DNA of 64,000 nt, from the NCBI RefSeq assembly GCF_009914755.1, contig NC_060939.1; one strand, written 5' to 3'. The first letter of the stretch is position 1. The number at the start of each line of letters is the position of its first letter. This document shows positions 27,790-40,716 of this stretch, piece by piece. The notes below the pieces were generated by a model, which saw only the letters and a list, made by a program, of their open reading frames with translations, searched no databases and had not been told where the DNA came from. Source of the stretch: the human T2T-CHM13v2.0 reference genome, Homo sapiens. A program made the translations under genes and the position numbers.

Positions 27790-28434
27790 GGCTAGGAAAC
27801 ACTGCAATGGTGGGAAAGAACCTGGGGTTCCTGAAAGCCGGCAGCTCTGTTACAATCCATAGCCGACCCTCGCAAGTGTGGAAGGGGCCTGCAGCTCCTT
27901 GCTGTTCAAATGATGAACCTGCAAGGGGCTGGATTCCCTCCTTCTAGCTGGCTCTCTTTGTGTTTCGTGGCTCTAAATGAGCCAGAAATCATGAGGATTT
28001 ACAATAAAACCCCAGCCTCCCACAGCATCTGCTGGTCCCGTTCCCGAGAAGGTGAGGAAGAGTGGCACTGTCTCTGGCCTGTGAACCTGGCCAGCAGGCC
28101 TAGGCAAGGCGAGACAATGAGGGCAGCTTGCCCAAGAGGAGGCCTCCTGCTGATTAGCAGCCCTCGGGCCATACCCTTGCCTGAGAATGCAGCTTCTGGA
28201 GGCCTGGCTGGTTCCAAAGCTTCCAGCCGAGTGGAAGCTGCAACTGCTCCCACTCAGGCATACTGGCATCTCTAAGGGGCCTCAGAGCTGGCACAGCCAA
28301 GAGACTGGCTCAGCTTACAAGCTTAGACAGAGCTGCCACCCCCCTCTGCCCTGCTGCCTGCCAAGACAGCAGCACAGCAGTGGGTCTGGGGCCAGGGCCA
28401 GGCTTGCTGCTGCAGGAGAAAGAAAGAGATATTA

Positions 28435-28436
<2 letters not shown>

Positions 28437-28494
<58 letters not shown>
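28437..28494. repeat. Compound microsatellite (AG)16(TG)13
   Basis: Read directly from the sequence. Confidence 0.97.
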
Positions 28495-28495
<1 letters not shown>

Positions 28496-29979
28496 TGGTG
28501 AAACGTAGGGTGGAGATATTAGGGGGATGCAAGGGGGATGGCTGGTGAACTATACTTGGACAGCCTTTCAGTTCTGCAAAAAGGCACAAAACAATCAGTT
28601 TTTGTTTTCTGGAAGATTTTTAATTTTTTTTTTTGTAAACCAATCTCTTCCCTGCTGGGAGAAGAAAAACCCAACCCGCCAAGCAACCCCCTAAAAACAA
28701 TGCCCTTCTCTCTCTGGGACCAATTTTCAGGCTGCACAGCAGTCCTGACAAGGTCAACAAGCTGGAGCTGTAAGTGGAAGATCTTTATCTAGGTGGGAAA
28801 TAGGAAAATCATTTGACTGATAAAAGGAAATACAATAAATAGCATCTAAATTCCTGGCTGCATCCCCCAGGCCCCTCCTCTGCTGGAGAAAGTGCGTGGG
28901 CCAGGGATACATGTGCTGCTCCAGCATGTTTAAAAATAGCATGCAGCACACAGCCCTTTCTTACCTTCCAGAAAGACTTCATTACCGGATCCTCAGCCCT
29001 GAGCCTGCAGAGCTGCTGCCGGCACTTTCTTCTCCCTGCGCTGGATTTTTCTCTTTGGAAGCATTAAGGGAGTGCATGTGATACATTTTACTCACGGGCC
29101 AGCTCTTGCTCAGCTAGTTTCAATCTAGGCACGTCTAGAGCTCACGTTGAAAGTCCATTGTATTTAATGGGGTGTTAACTCTGTTTATTCTCTGGGGCCT
29201 GTGCAGTAATTTTACACTCTGCAAAACTAGCAACTTGAACCAGAAATGATATTCCTCTTTCCCCATGCCCACCCCAGTGGGCTGCAGTCCCCAGGCACCT
29301 CTGGCCCTGCTTCCCAGGGTTCCTGTAGCTCAGGTAGCCGAAGAAGTTCTGCATGCCGTGGGAGATGGGAACTCTGGGGTTCACATCCGGTTCTGCCGCT
29401 TGTTAGCACTGGTGCAGCCTGAAGCAGGTCTCCTCAGCTCCTGGAGACATTTTTCACATCTGTGAAATGAAGATTTTAATCTGCCCCATGTATCTCAAAA
29501 GGCATACAACAATCTCATAGTGGAAAAACATTTTCCTGGGTTCTACAAAGACACCGTCCTATTATTCCCAACTGGGCCACTTCAGCATCACCTCGGAAGC
29601 CACTTAACCCCTTCGGATCTCCATCTCTCCACTAAAACCTTGGGGATTTGAATAGGACTATAAAATCCACTAATCAGTCTGAATCTTCACCATGCTGTTG
29701 TGATTTTTTTATAAGTCCATTATTCCTTCCACCTTTATTGGCTGGCATTCTACTCTTGGGAAGACTTTCTTGTCTCCCCACTTACTTATTCTCAGGGCCT
29801 GGCCCTAGAAGGTGCTGAAGACTTCATATAGGACTGGATGACCCCTTCTAGCTCTCAATCTCCAAGTCTCCAGGAAAATAAATGAAGCACATACTATTCT
29901 AATACATTCTACCATTCTGTGGGAACTGTGCCTTCCGTTATTCCCACCTGATCTAAAATCCCGACACTTAGGATGCTCA

Positions 29980-30600
29980 AACATCATCTGGACCTTGGCA
30001 TTCCTCCTCCAGTGCCAGGCCTTCCCTCCTGCATAAAACAGCTCAGAGCTGAGTCGCCCTTGCTGGAGTTCCTGATCTCTCTTTCCAGCTCCCTCAGGGC
30101 TTCTCCATCTGGCATCCTGCAGAATCCTCAACTCAATTTGTCCAAAATTAAATATGTATTCTTCCCAAACCCACATTTTCTCTAATACCTGTCAGCTCAG
30201 TTAAAAACTCCACTGCTCTCTGAAGCTGGAGAGCCTGGAATCCTACACGCCTCTCCCCAGCTCTTTACCCTGCTCCCAGCCCTCCACATCTCATTCACAG
30301 AATGCTCCCCCCCACACACACACACAGAGCCCTGGAATCCCCCTAACAGCTGGCCCTTCTCAACACCTCCAGGACAGGCCTTTGTGGGGGTCTTCAGCTT
30401 TCAGCTCTCCTGGGGCTCTCCTAATAGCCCATTGTTTTGTTTTTCCTCTTTTTTGCTATTAACTAGTTCTATAATAGCCTTCTAACTAGACTTAGTATAG
30501 CCAGTCTCATTTGTCCCCCTCTTAACTCCCCTCCACCAGTTCGTCCTGCACACCACTACAAAAGCAACTTTTCTAAAATGCAAGATTAGTCTTGCAAATA
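29980..30600 (+). mobile_element. L2 fragments
   Basis: ctcaactcaatttgtccaaaattaaa and ctgcacaccactacaaaagcaactttttctaaaatgcaag L2 motifs. Confidence 0.5.
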
Positions 30601-30601
30601 T

Positions 30602-30908
30602 CTTTTTCTTTTCTTTTTTTTTTTTGAGACAGGGTCTCACTCTGTCGCCCAGCCTGGAGTGCAGCAGCACGATCCTGGCTCACTGCAACCTCCGCTTCCC
30701 AGGTTCAAGGGATTCTCCTGCCTCAGCCCTCCCTAATAGCTGGGACTACAGGGGCACACCACCATGCCCAGCTAATTTTTGTATTTTTAGTAGAGACAGG
30801 GTTTCACCATGTTGGCCACGCTGGTCTTGAACTCCTGACCTCAAATGATCCACCCGCCTCGGCCTCCCAAAGTGCTGGGATTACAAGCGTGAGCCACTGC
30901 GCCCAGCC
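30602..30908 (-). mobile_element. AluS
   Basis: Full dimer with T-rich tail. Confidence 0.93.
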
Positions 30909-31232
30909 ATATCACTCTATTTTAAATGAGATCATAGTTGTGGTAGTTGCTTTTGTTTTTAAGCCTTACAAAAATTCTATACGATAAGAATTATTAGCAT
31001 GAAACTAAGATGAAACTAAGACTTAGCTAGGTTAAAGGACCTAAAGCCACATAGCTATTACACCTTGCAGAACCAGAATTTGAACTCAGGTCTGCTTTGT
31101 ACTGCAAAACCCATGTTCGAAAGTATTTAAGGTACCTGGCACAGAGCAGGTGGACCAATGTTATATTCTTTATATTCCCCCTTTTCTATAAACTTCAGTC
31201 TCTTCAGCAGGGTGCAAGGGCCTATCCCATAG

Positions 31233-31673
<441 letters not shown>

Positions 31674-32766
31674 TGAAATCCTCTTTCCTACTGCTTGGCA
31701 AGGCTTTTCTTACCTTGTCCTTCCTGCTCTGCAAGCCCAGATCAGATAGCACCCATTCTGTGATGCTTTTCCTGATCCCCAAACTCAGAATTCGCGGCTC
31801 CAGCATCCCTCTTGCCAGCACCACTTGTTACGTATGCCTATTCTGATACTGATCATATTGGTGTGTGGCTATTCAGTCCTGTCTCTTCTCATCTTTGTAT
31901 CTCCAAACCTGGCACTGTGCCTGGGACAAAGTAAGCACTCAGTAGTAAGTCTGTTGAGTTTAGTTCAGTCCTGCATCCTTCCCTATGACTAATGCTTCAT
32001 TTCATCTGTCTTGCAAAGGTTAGAATGTCTCTGAAGACTTGTTTGCATCACCTCCACTCTCTCTGATTTCCACACCCACCACCCCATTGAAGTTGCTCCT
32101 GGCAACTTCTTGAGAGATCTCCTCATTACCAGAACACTCTCTTGTCCTCAGCCTCCAAAAGTTGCAGCAGCACTGGGCATGATTTCCTCCCTTCTTTTAA
32201 GTGACTCCTCTCCCTCGGCTTCTGCCATCACAGTCTCCTGCTTTCTTTTGCCTCTCAGGCTCTCTTGGGACTCCATCTGAGCCCTGGAAGTAGAGAACCT
32301 CAGAGCTCCGACCTGGGTTGCATTCTCTTCCCTCTACATTCCTTCCTGAAGAGACTTGTCTATTCCCATCATTTAAAGCAGGACCACTATCTTCAGCTCT
32401 CAGCTCTAGATTCAGATATGTGACAGCTATTTGACATCTCACTTAGATCATCCTTAGGTACTTTGGGCTTGAAAGCCTAACAATTGACTCCCAGGTGTAC
32501 CCCCAGACCCTTCCTCCTTCAGTCTTTCTCTGTTCACTAAAAGGCAACATAACGAAGGATCCCCTTCTTGGGATGTTGGGAGCCACTCTCTAGGAGGGAA
32601 GGTGCCTTAGAAGAGGGGGCAAATCTGGGGATATCTGAATATCATGCATTCCTACCTCTGACTTAACCTTGGAGAAACACCAGATGCCTTAACCATGTAT
32701 TCAATGCCTGGCATGATCTGGCCCCAGCATCCCTTTCCAGGCCCAGCTTTCATCTCGCCCCTAGAT

Positions 32767-33096
32767 CAGAAATGGGTGAAGTATGGTCCATGAGCCAAAT
32801 CTGGCCCATATGTTTCTCTACCGCCTGTAGGCAAAGAATAATTTTTTATATTTTTAAGTAGTTGAAAAAAATCAAAAGAAGAATATTTGGTGACACATGA
32901 AAATTACATAAAATTCAAATATCAGTGTCTATAAATAAAGTTGTATGAAATACGGCCATGCTGGTTTATTTACTTATTATCTGTCTCTGCTTTCTAGCTA
33001 CAAAGGCAGAGCTGAGTCGTTGGAACAGACTTATAACCTACAAAGCCTAAAATATTTACTATCTGGCCTTATACTGAAAAAATTTGCCAAGCCCTG
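32767..33096 (+). mobile_element. MER58B-like hAT-Charlie MITE
   Basis: gccaaatctggccc ... aaagcctaaaatatttactatctggcc...tttgccaagccctg terminus. Confidence 0.8.
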
Positions 33097-33462
33097 CTCT
33101 AAGCCAGTCCCTTGTTCCCTAAACACACCTTGCAAACTTCTAGTTTGGCACACACTGATCTCTGCTCCTCTCTATCTAAATCCTACCTCTCTTTACCCCT
33201 TGCCAATCCAGCATCTTCTAGAATCTTCCTTGTCTCCTCCATTCAGTGGTTTCTCGTCCTTCTCCAAATCCCTCTGCTAACACGTAAAGTTGGTGGACTT
33301 ACCACCCAAGGCCTTAGATGACTATTAGTTTCTGGTGTATGTCACATGTCCTGTCCAGATTGGGAGCCACATGACGACAGAGATGGTATCTGTTCATCTT
33401 GTATAGCAGGGCCCAGCACAATGCTTAGCAATATCATAAGTGCTTAGAAAGTAGGTGTTAAA

Positions 33463-33773
33463 GGCCAGGTTCAATGGCTTATACCTGTAATCCCAGCACT
33501 TCGAGAGGCCAAGGCAAGAGGATCACTTGAGGCCAGGAGTTTGAGACCAGCATGGGCAACATAGTGAGACCCTGTCTCTACAAAAAATAAAAAAAAATTA
33601 GCCAGGCGTGATGGCATGCCCCTGGAGTCCCAGCTACTCAGGAAGCTGAGGTGGGAGGATCATTTGAGCCCAGGAGTTCAAGGTTGCAGTGAGCTAGGAT
33701 CCCACTGGACTCCAGGCTAGGCAACAGAGTGAAGCCCTGTCGCAAAAACAAAAGCAAAACGAACAACAAAAAA
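33463..33773 (+). mobile_element. AluJ
   Basis: Full dimer with J-type right arm. Confidence 0.9.
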
Positions 33774-34503
33774 ATCAGTGTTGATGTACTCCTTTCTGAG
33801 TGGTTTCATCTTTCCTGACAATCCCCTATTTAACTCTGAAAAACAGCCATCTACTTATTTGCTTAGGTATTCTTTTTTAAGGAAGATGCAACTTCTATCC
33901 AGCCTCCCTCCAGTTCATCCCCATGAAGTGCTGAAGACAAAGCATAGATAGATAAGTTGCAAGAACAACTTTACACAACTGCTAGAGCTTATGGGGAGAG
34001 GGGGCAGTGAGATGGAACTGGGCTGGACTCCAGTCCCAGCTCAGTCACTGATAGCAAAATCTGGTATCAAAACCATCAGTTTTGCTATTTCACCTGTCCT
34101 TCCTCAGTTTCATCATCTGTAAAATTGTTGACTGAAAGTTGAATGTCTGCTCAATCAAAGGAGTCCCTCAAATCCTTTCCAGCTCCAAAACCTGAGGATC
34201 CTGTTTTTCCTGTAAGCCCTCAGGGTGGTGAAAATTCCCAAGCTTACCTCCTGAAAGAGGCAAGCTTGTCAACCCTAGCTGACCCCACTTGAGCCCTCTC
34301 CTCAGGAGATGCTCTCTGATGCTTATTCCTTATGTAAGCAGTGCAGCCACCCTAGGGGAGAGGCATTATATTCCCACTTGGCAGACCCAGAAAATGAGAC
34401 CCAAAGAGGAGAAGTGATTTGCCCGAGCAGGAGAGCATGTCACACGATTCTAGGGGTGCTGCTCACACCCTGGTCAGTGGTGCTCCCTCGGATCGTAATA
34501 CAC

Positions 34504-34663
34504 CAGCGATTCTCCAACTTGGGTCTTTAAATCACCAGAGGATCTCGTTAAAACAGATTTTGATTCAGTCACTCTGGGGTAGGGCCCAAGAGTCTGTATT
34601 TCTAACAAGCTCGCCTGTGATATGTATGCTCCCGGTCTCTGGATCCCACTTTGAATAGCGAGG
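34504..34663. mobile_element. MER5-like hAT-Charlie MITE
   Basis: ctggggtagggcccaagagtctgtatttctaacaagctc...ccactttgaatagc. Confidence 0.75.
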
Positions 34664-36831
34664 TAGTGCACAACCTGTACAGCTGCACATGGCAGCTGTA
34701 CACACAGCTCAAAAGCAGCACAGCGGGGACTTAAATTTAGGTCTTTGGACTCAAAGTCCAGTGTCCTCTATGCTGAGCCAGAATTTTGCAAAAAGCACCT
34801 CTACTCTGGGCATATGAGTGCCTGGGGATCTGGAGGAGATTTGATAGGGAAAAAAATATCTTTAGTAAAAGAGAAACAAAGTCCTGCCTTTGCTGACCAA
34901 GAGTCCTCAGCCGAGGCCTTCTGGGGCAGGCATAGATAGATGTCTGCATAAGTGGGGAGCCCTGTGGGAACAAGAGGAAATCGAGGGACCCCACACCTAG
35001 CCTAGTGGCAACCTGGGGTCCAGAGGAAGGAGGAAAGGCAGCTGGGCTCTTTGTCTGCCGCTCCCAGAGTGGCTAATGAGCAGGGCGTTCTTCCTTGCAG
35101 GTGCTGAGAAGTGGGATGAGGCTTGTAAGGAGACAGAGTACCAAGCTGCAGTCTGGGAGGCCTTAATTCCTAGAGTTCTCCCTGCCACAGCTGAGCTGGC
35201 TCAGGGCCCATTTCTGTTTGCTTGGAACAGTCTGACATTTTGTAAGGAACCCTTTGCGCGGGGTGCGCCTTCTGGCCTCTCAAGGGTAATTGCCCAAGAG
35301 AAGCAGGTGCTCCCCGCTGGGGCTGGAGTTTCCGTTGGGGAAATCAACCTGACATAATGTACTGGGGAAAGCTTTGTACACTATAGAGAGCTATGCAAAT
35401 ACCAGCAGTCCTGGGGTGGAAGGAGGGCCTGCAGCAAGGGGCAGCACTGGAGGACCGCTGGAGGGGCAGCGCTGAAAGATGGGCTTCTGTTGGAGATGCC
35501 TGTGAGGCCTTGGGGGAAGTTGGCAGCAGAGAACTGGGCGTTACAAATGGGGGGATGCAAAGGGCAGTGAGCTTGCAGGTGGGAAACTGGGCTTCAGTGC
35601 TGGCCCCGCCACTCACCAACTTCAGATAAGTTTCTACAGTACTCTGAGGCTCCATCATCTCCTGTGTCTATGAGGCAATGAAGCAATAGGGGCCATGACA
35701 TGTCTGCTGTATTATTGTGGGATTTTAGCGTCCTTGGGGGTGCCTGGCACAGTGTATGTTAGTTGACTCACTGAGGTTCGGGGTCATATGTGGCAGACCC
35801 CTGAGCACTGAACAGGGGATGTGAACACCTGTTTGGACACAGAATCCTGGACTGGCCTTGATCAAACGCCTTCCTCTCTTGAGGCCTTGGTTTCCCCCAT
35901 GTGAATAGGAGGAAGAAGTGGAGTGACTGCCCACAAGTGCCCTTCCAGCCCTGGACCTGTGCTCCAGATGGCTGCACGTCCTGGCCAGCAATGCATGAGT
36001 TGGGACGTCCACTCTGAGGCTTTGCCTCATCGACAAGGCTGAAGCAGGCAGAGATTTCCAGGTTCGAGGTAAAGGGCCTCAGCCTCAGCTTGGGCAGCTT
36101 CCCAGAGCTGATGCAGCTCAGACACATCTTTCCTAGGACATCTTCTTCAGTCAGGGGCCTCAGGATGGCCCAGTCACCAGATGCCCAGCTGGACAGAGCA
36201 AGACCCTGGCAAGGTCGTGTAGGGACAGCATGCTGAGCCCGATGGCCTTGATCATAGGGCTCTGCCTCACCCTCTCTGCTCCCACACCCTACGCCTCCCA
36301 TGCAGGAGAACCAGCAGGACACACTGGCTTCTGCATCCTCACCAGCCAGCACCTGCTTCTCTGCATGTTCAAGAAATACAGTGCAACCTGGGGCCTGGAG
36401 GAAGGAGGAAAGGCAGCTGAGCCCTTGATCTGCTGCTCCTATCACAGTTCACCAGCTAGAGAAATGTGATGCATGCAAGGATATAAACCAGGCTGATGTG
36501 GGCTGCAGGGCTACAGGGCTGCAGGGCCGGAGGGCATGTCCATGCAGAACACCTGTGATTCACCGGTGTGCAAGCTCAGGGGCTCCCGGGAGTAGATGGC
36601 AGAGCCAGATCTGCAGCCCTGAGCTGTGTCTTCCTTCTGCCATACCACTCTCTTCTTGAACAGACCAGGTAGCTGCTATTTCAAAATGCAACCATTCCAT
36701 CTTCTAGTCTAACTCTCCCAGGACAGCCCTTCTGGAATTGGGAGCCGGTGCCCAGAGTCTGCCAGCTGCTGGGATAAACTACCTGAGTTTCTTCAACCAC
36801 TTTTCCCATGTAGGATTTCTACCCCCCCACC

Positions 36832-37008
36832 TAGGGTTGGTAGAGTTAGCAAAAAAAAAAAAAAAAAACCCTTTAATTAATTAATACAGGACACCCAGTT
36901 AAATTTGAATTTCAGATAAACAACAAATAATTTTTTAATATAAGTAAGTATGTCCCATGAAAAGTTCAACTTTAACTGGGCATCCTCTATTTTATCTAGT
37001 GATCTCAT
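36832..37008. mobile_element. MER53 (palindromic hAT MITE), internally deleted
   Basis: aatacaggacacccagttaaatttgaatttcagataaacaac and the inverted arm tttaactgggcatcctctattttatct. Confidence 0.85.
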
Positions 37009-37699
37009 CCATATCCCACCCCGATCCCAGCCAAGCCGTCTCTGGGAAAAGCTAGAGAAGGTTTCAGAAGGTCACGGGGCCTCGCATTAGGATCAGGGTG
37101 TCTTTAATGGGCAGTCCTCCCCTGTGCACTCCCCTCCCTCTCCGCCAGTTGCTGGTTCACGATGAAGCCGCCGATGCCCCTTGCCTGCTCCGGAGGCAGT
37201 GCGTTCTCCCCGCAGGGTGATTGTGTTTATTGTCTCTGCACCAAGACAGACCTGGAGTGTGCGGCTGCCCTCTTGACTCCCTGTTCTTGCTATTCATTAC
37301 CACTGCTCAGCCACTTTGCCTTTGTTGCTGAGCACCTAGAACACAATTTATTTTTCTCTTCCTCCCAAAGTGGGGGTTCTGGGAAGGAAGCCAAGGATTT
37401 GAGCCAGGGCCGCCAAAAGACAGAGCTCCGCCTCTGAGACTCCTGCCTGCCACACTGCGCCCAGCCCACGTTCCGGTTTTCACGCCTGCGGAATGGGTGT
37501 GACCTGTTCCAGCCAAAGGCAGAGGCTCCCAGACCCTGGAGGGAGCCATCTGTGGAAACAGGAAATGTCCTTGCATTCCAGCCATGGCCCTTGTAGGCGT
37601 TTCAGTGCCCCTTATGCCAGTGGGGATGTGATGAAGAGAAGGAAGGTCGGCCAGCGCCTCCACACCACACTGCAGAGGCAAAGGCCTGGGCAGCCCTGG

Positions 37700-38062
37700 T
37701 GTGGTTCATGCTATGTGTCCACTTGACTAGGCCACCATGCCTGTTTCTGGATGAAATTAACACTTGAATCCGTAGACTGAGTAAAGCACAGGGCCCTCCT
37801 TCATGTGGGTGGGCTCCATCCAATCAGTTGAAGGTTCGAACAGAATAAACGCCTGAGTAAGAAAGAATTTCCTCTCTGCCTGACTGTCTTCAAGCTGGGA
37901 TGTCAATCTCTTCCTGCTCCCAGACTCACACTGGAACTCACACCATCAGCTTTTCTGGGTGTGGACTCCTCAGCCCCCATAATCCTGTGAGCCAATTCCT
38001 TATAACAAATCTCTCCGTGCATCATGTTGGTTCTGTTTCCCTGGAGGGCTCTGAGTAATACA
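37700..38062 (+). mobile_element. MLT2 (ERVL) solo LTR
   Basis: TG...CA ends; gtagactgagtaaagca, catccaatcagttgaagg, gtgagccaattccttataacaaatctc, ggttctgtttccctggag...taataca. Confidence 0.85.
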
Positions 38063-39999
38063 GGCTTCTTCCTTCCTCTTCCCTGCTCCCCGCTGTAAAA
38101 GGCAGAGTGTAGGCAGGTGCATGTACACACACCCCCCACACCCCTCCCAGAAGCAGTCAAAGGACAGGTCTCTCCAGGTGCCTCCCTCCGCTGTGCCTGG
38201 TCCTGAGGTTGGAGAATATCTTAGCTGAGGTTCCCCTGAGGAAAACTGAGTCTAGATTTATGTGAAAATGATTTCTTAGGGAGAAATCTAAGTGGGAAAG
38301 ACAGTAGAGGGACAAGGAAGTGGGACGCAAGCAAAGAGAAAGAAGCCAAGCCAGGGTGTGGCATCAAGCCAAGCCACGCGAAGGGCTGCGTGTCTCATAC
38401 TCCAGGGAGCTGTGGGGACACTTTAGAGGTGCCCCAATCAGGGGCAAGCGGGCAGGGGCAGTTTTACTTCCTTGCCCTCCCCAAATGGAGCACAAAAATG
38501 TCCAGGTATTTCCTGTTCTTCACAGGTGCGGGCAGAGTGGTTCTGGCAGCTCAGGGCCATTCTCCAACAGAGACAGCTGACTGTTGGGAGTGAAGGCACA
38601 GGGGTGGGTAAAGATAGGGGGTTGGAGGAGACATGAGGATGGAAAGCATGTTGTGGGGGGGCGGTGCTGAGCGTAGGTCTGGAGAGCAAGAGAGGGGCAG
38701 GTTGGGGAGGTCTTGTCTTTGGGGGGGCCCACCCCAAGCACACCTCTGTGAGTCTGAGCTTCCCTTGAAAAAAAGCCTCCCTAAAGAAGCAAGTAGCCCG
38801 CTGCACCCAAGCCCTACGCACACAGTCTCCAGGCCAAGGCTATTTTTGTTTTCCTCTAATAACAATGAGCACATTGTGCACACTTCCTGACTAATCTGCT
38901 CAGTGAGGTTGGGAGGAGGGACGGGGAGGTCCTAGGACAGAGGGCCCATCTTAGGCTGAGAACTAAGCCTGAACCGTCCAGCTAAGTCAGGTGTGGGAAA
39001 GACCCCAACTCCCAGGTCCAGCCACTGCCCCTTCCCGCCTACTCAGCACCTGCTTGTCTCATATGGCTGCTCGGGTTCTGCTGTCAGAGCAGAAGCTAAG
39101 GACCCGCCAACTCCCTTCGTTGCTTCTTGCAGGTAATAGTTGCTTCCTGAGCACCCACTGTACACCAGATCCCGTGCTAGGCCCTTTGCATGTCAGATTT
39201 CATTTTCCCTCATGCTCAGCTCTATGAATAGTGAGTGTGAGCCCATTCATTCAGACAAGGAAGCTGAAGCTTGGAAAGACTAAGTGACTGATCCAAGTGT
39301 ACGCGGCTGGTCAGTGGTGGGGGCCTGTTCAAATCCAGGCCTGCTGAACCCCACCCCTGGGGTGAGGGTCTTTCTGCACCTCTGAGACCTTGTGCCCAGG
39401 AATCCACACTGAAGTCCCTAAGAGGTAGTGGCACCAAGCCAGGGCTGGACGGGTCACTTGGCAGGCCACGTATATGCTTTGGCACCAGCAAAGCAGGGCA
39501 CGCCCCAAATGAGAAGTTTTGGAGAAATTATCCATTTTTAAAAATCATTGCAGACTCAATGGGAAACCCCAGAATGCTGTAAGACTTCCTGACTCTTATT
39601 CTGTGGTTTAGGACTAGCTTTATTTTGATTTGCACATGGTAAGTGGGGGATACTTGATCCTTTTTCAGGCTTAGGGCCCTGAAATAAAGGTTTTCATCTG
39701 GCCCTGCCCAACCCTGCAGGGAGGAGCTGCTTCCCATGGCCTCTTTGGCCCCTTTGTTAACTCAGCAAAGATGGATCGTGAACCTTTTATCTGCCAGGAC
39801 CTGTGTAAGAGGTAGGGACACAGCAGTTTCAGCTTCCCTGCCTGCTCTTGGAGATGACCACATCTATGGACATGCTTCATAAACTGTCAAATGCTGTAAT
39901 GTGGTGAACTTCTGCTTGATGCTACTGTCATGAAGCTGAAAGCCTTGCCAGGACAGCTGGGAGTCAAGGGATGGCAGTCCAGCTGAGCAGTCACCTTCA

Positions 40000-40330
40000 T
40001 TTCCTTCCTTCCTTCCTTCCTTTCTCTTTCATCTTTCTTTCTTTCTCTTTTTTGAGACAGGGTCTCGCTCCGTCACTCAGGCTGGAGGGCAGTGGTCATG
40101 GCTCACTGCAGCCTCGATCTCTCTGGGCTCAAGCAATCCTCCCATCTCGGCTTCTCAAGTAGCTAAGACTATAGGTGCATACCACCATGCCCAGCTAATT
40201 TTTTTATATTTTGTAGGGATGGGATTACACCATGTTGCTCAGGCTGATCTTGAAATCCTGATCTCAGGTGATCTGCCTGGCCTCGGCCTCTCAAAGTGCT
40301 GGGAATACAGGCATGAGCCTCTGTGCCCAG

Positions 40331-40332
<2 letters not shown>
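40000..40332 (-). mobile_element. AluJ with (TTCC/TTTC)n tail
   Basis: Full dimer. Confidence 0.9.

Positions 40333-40376
<44 letters not shown>
40333..40376. repeat. (GT)22 microsatellite
   Basis: Read directly from the sequence. Confidence 0.97.
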
Positions 40377-40377
<1 letters not shown>

Positions 40378-40392
40378 TTAAAGAACTATCCA

Positions 40393-40716
<324 letters not shown>

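Noticed and set aside
35768-36445. Longest ORF in the track (225 aa, minus strand)
   Set aside because: Non-ATG start, no recognisable domain, and a length plausible by chance in GC-rich DNA.
39612-39638. Possible 27-nt micro-exon (tttag|...ATG|gtaagt)
   Set aside because: Isolated splice-like signals with no partner exons or host transcript identifiable.
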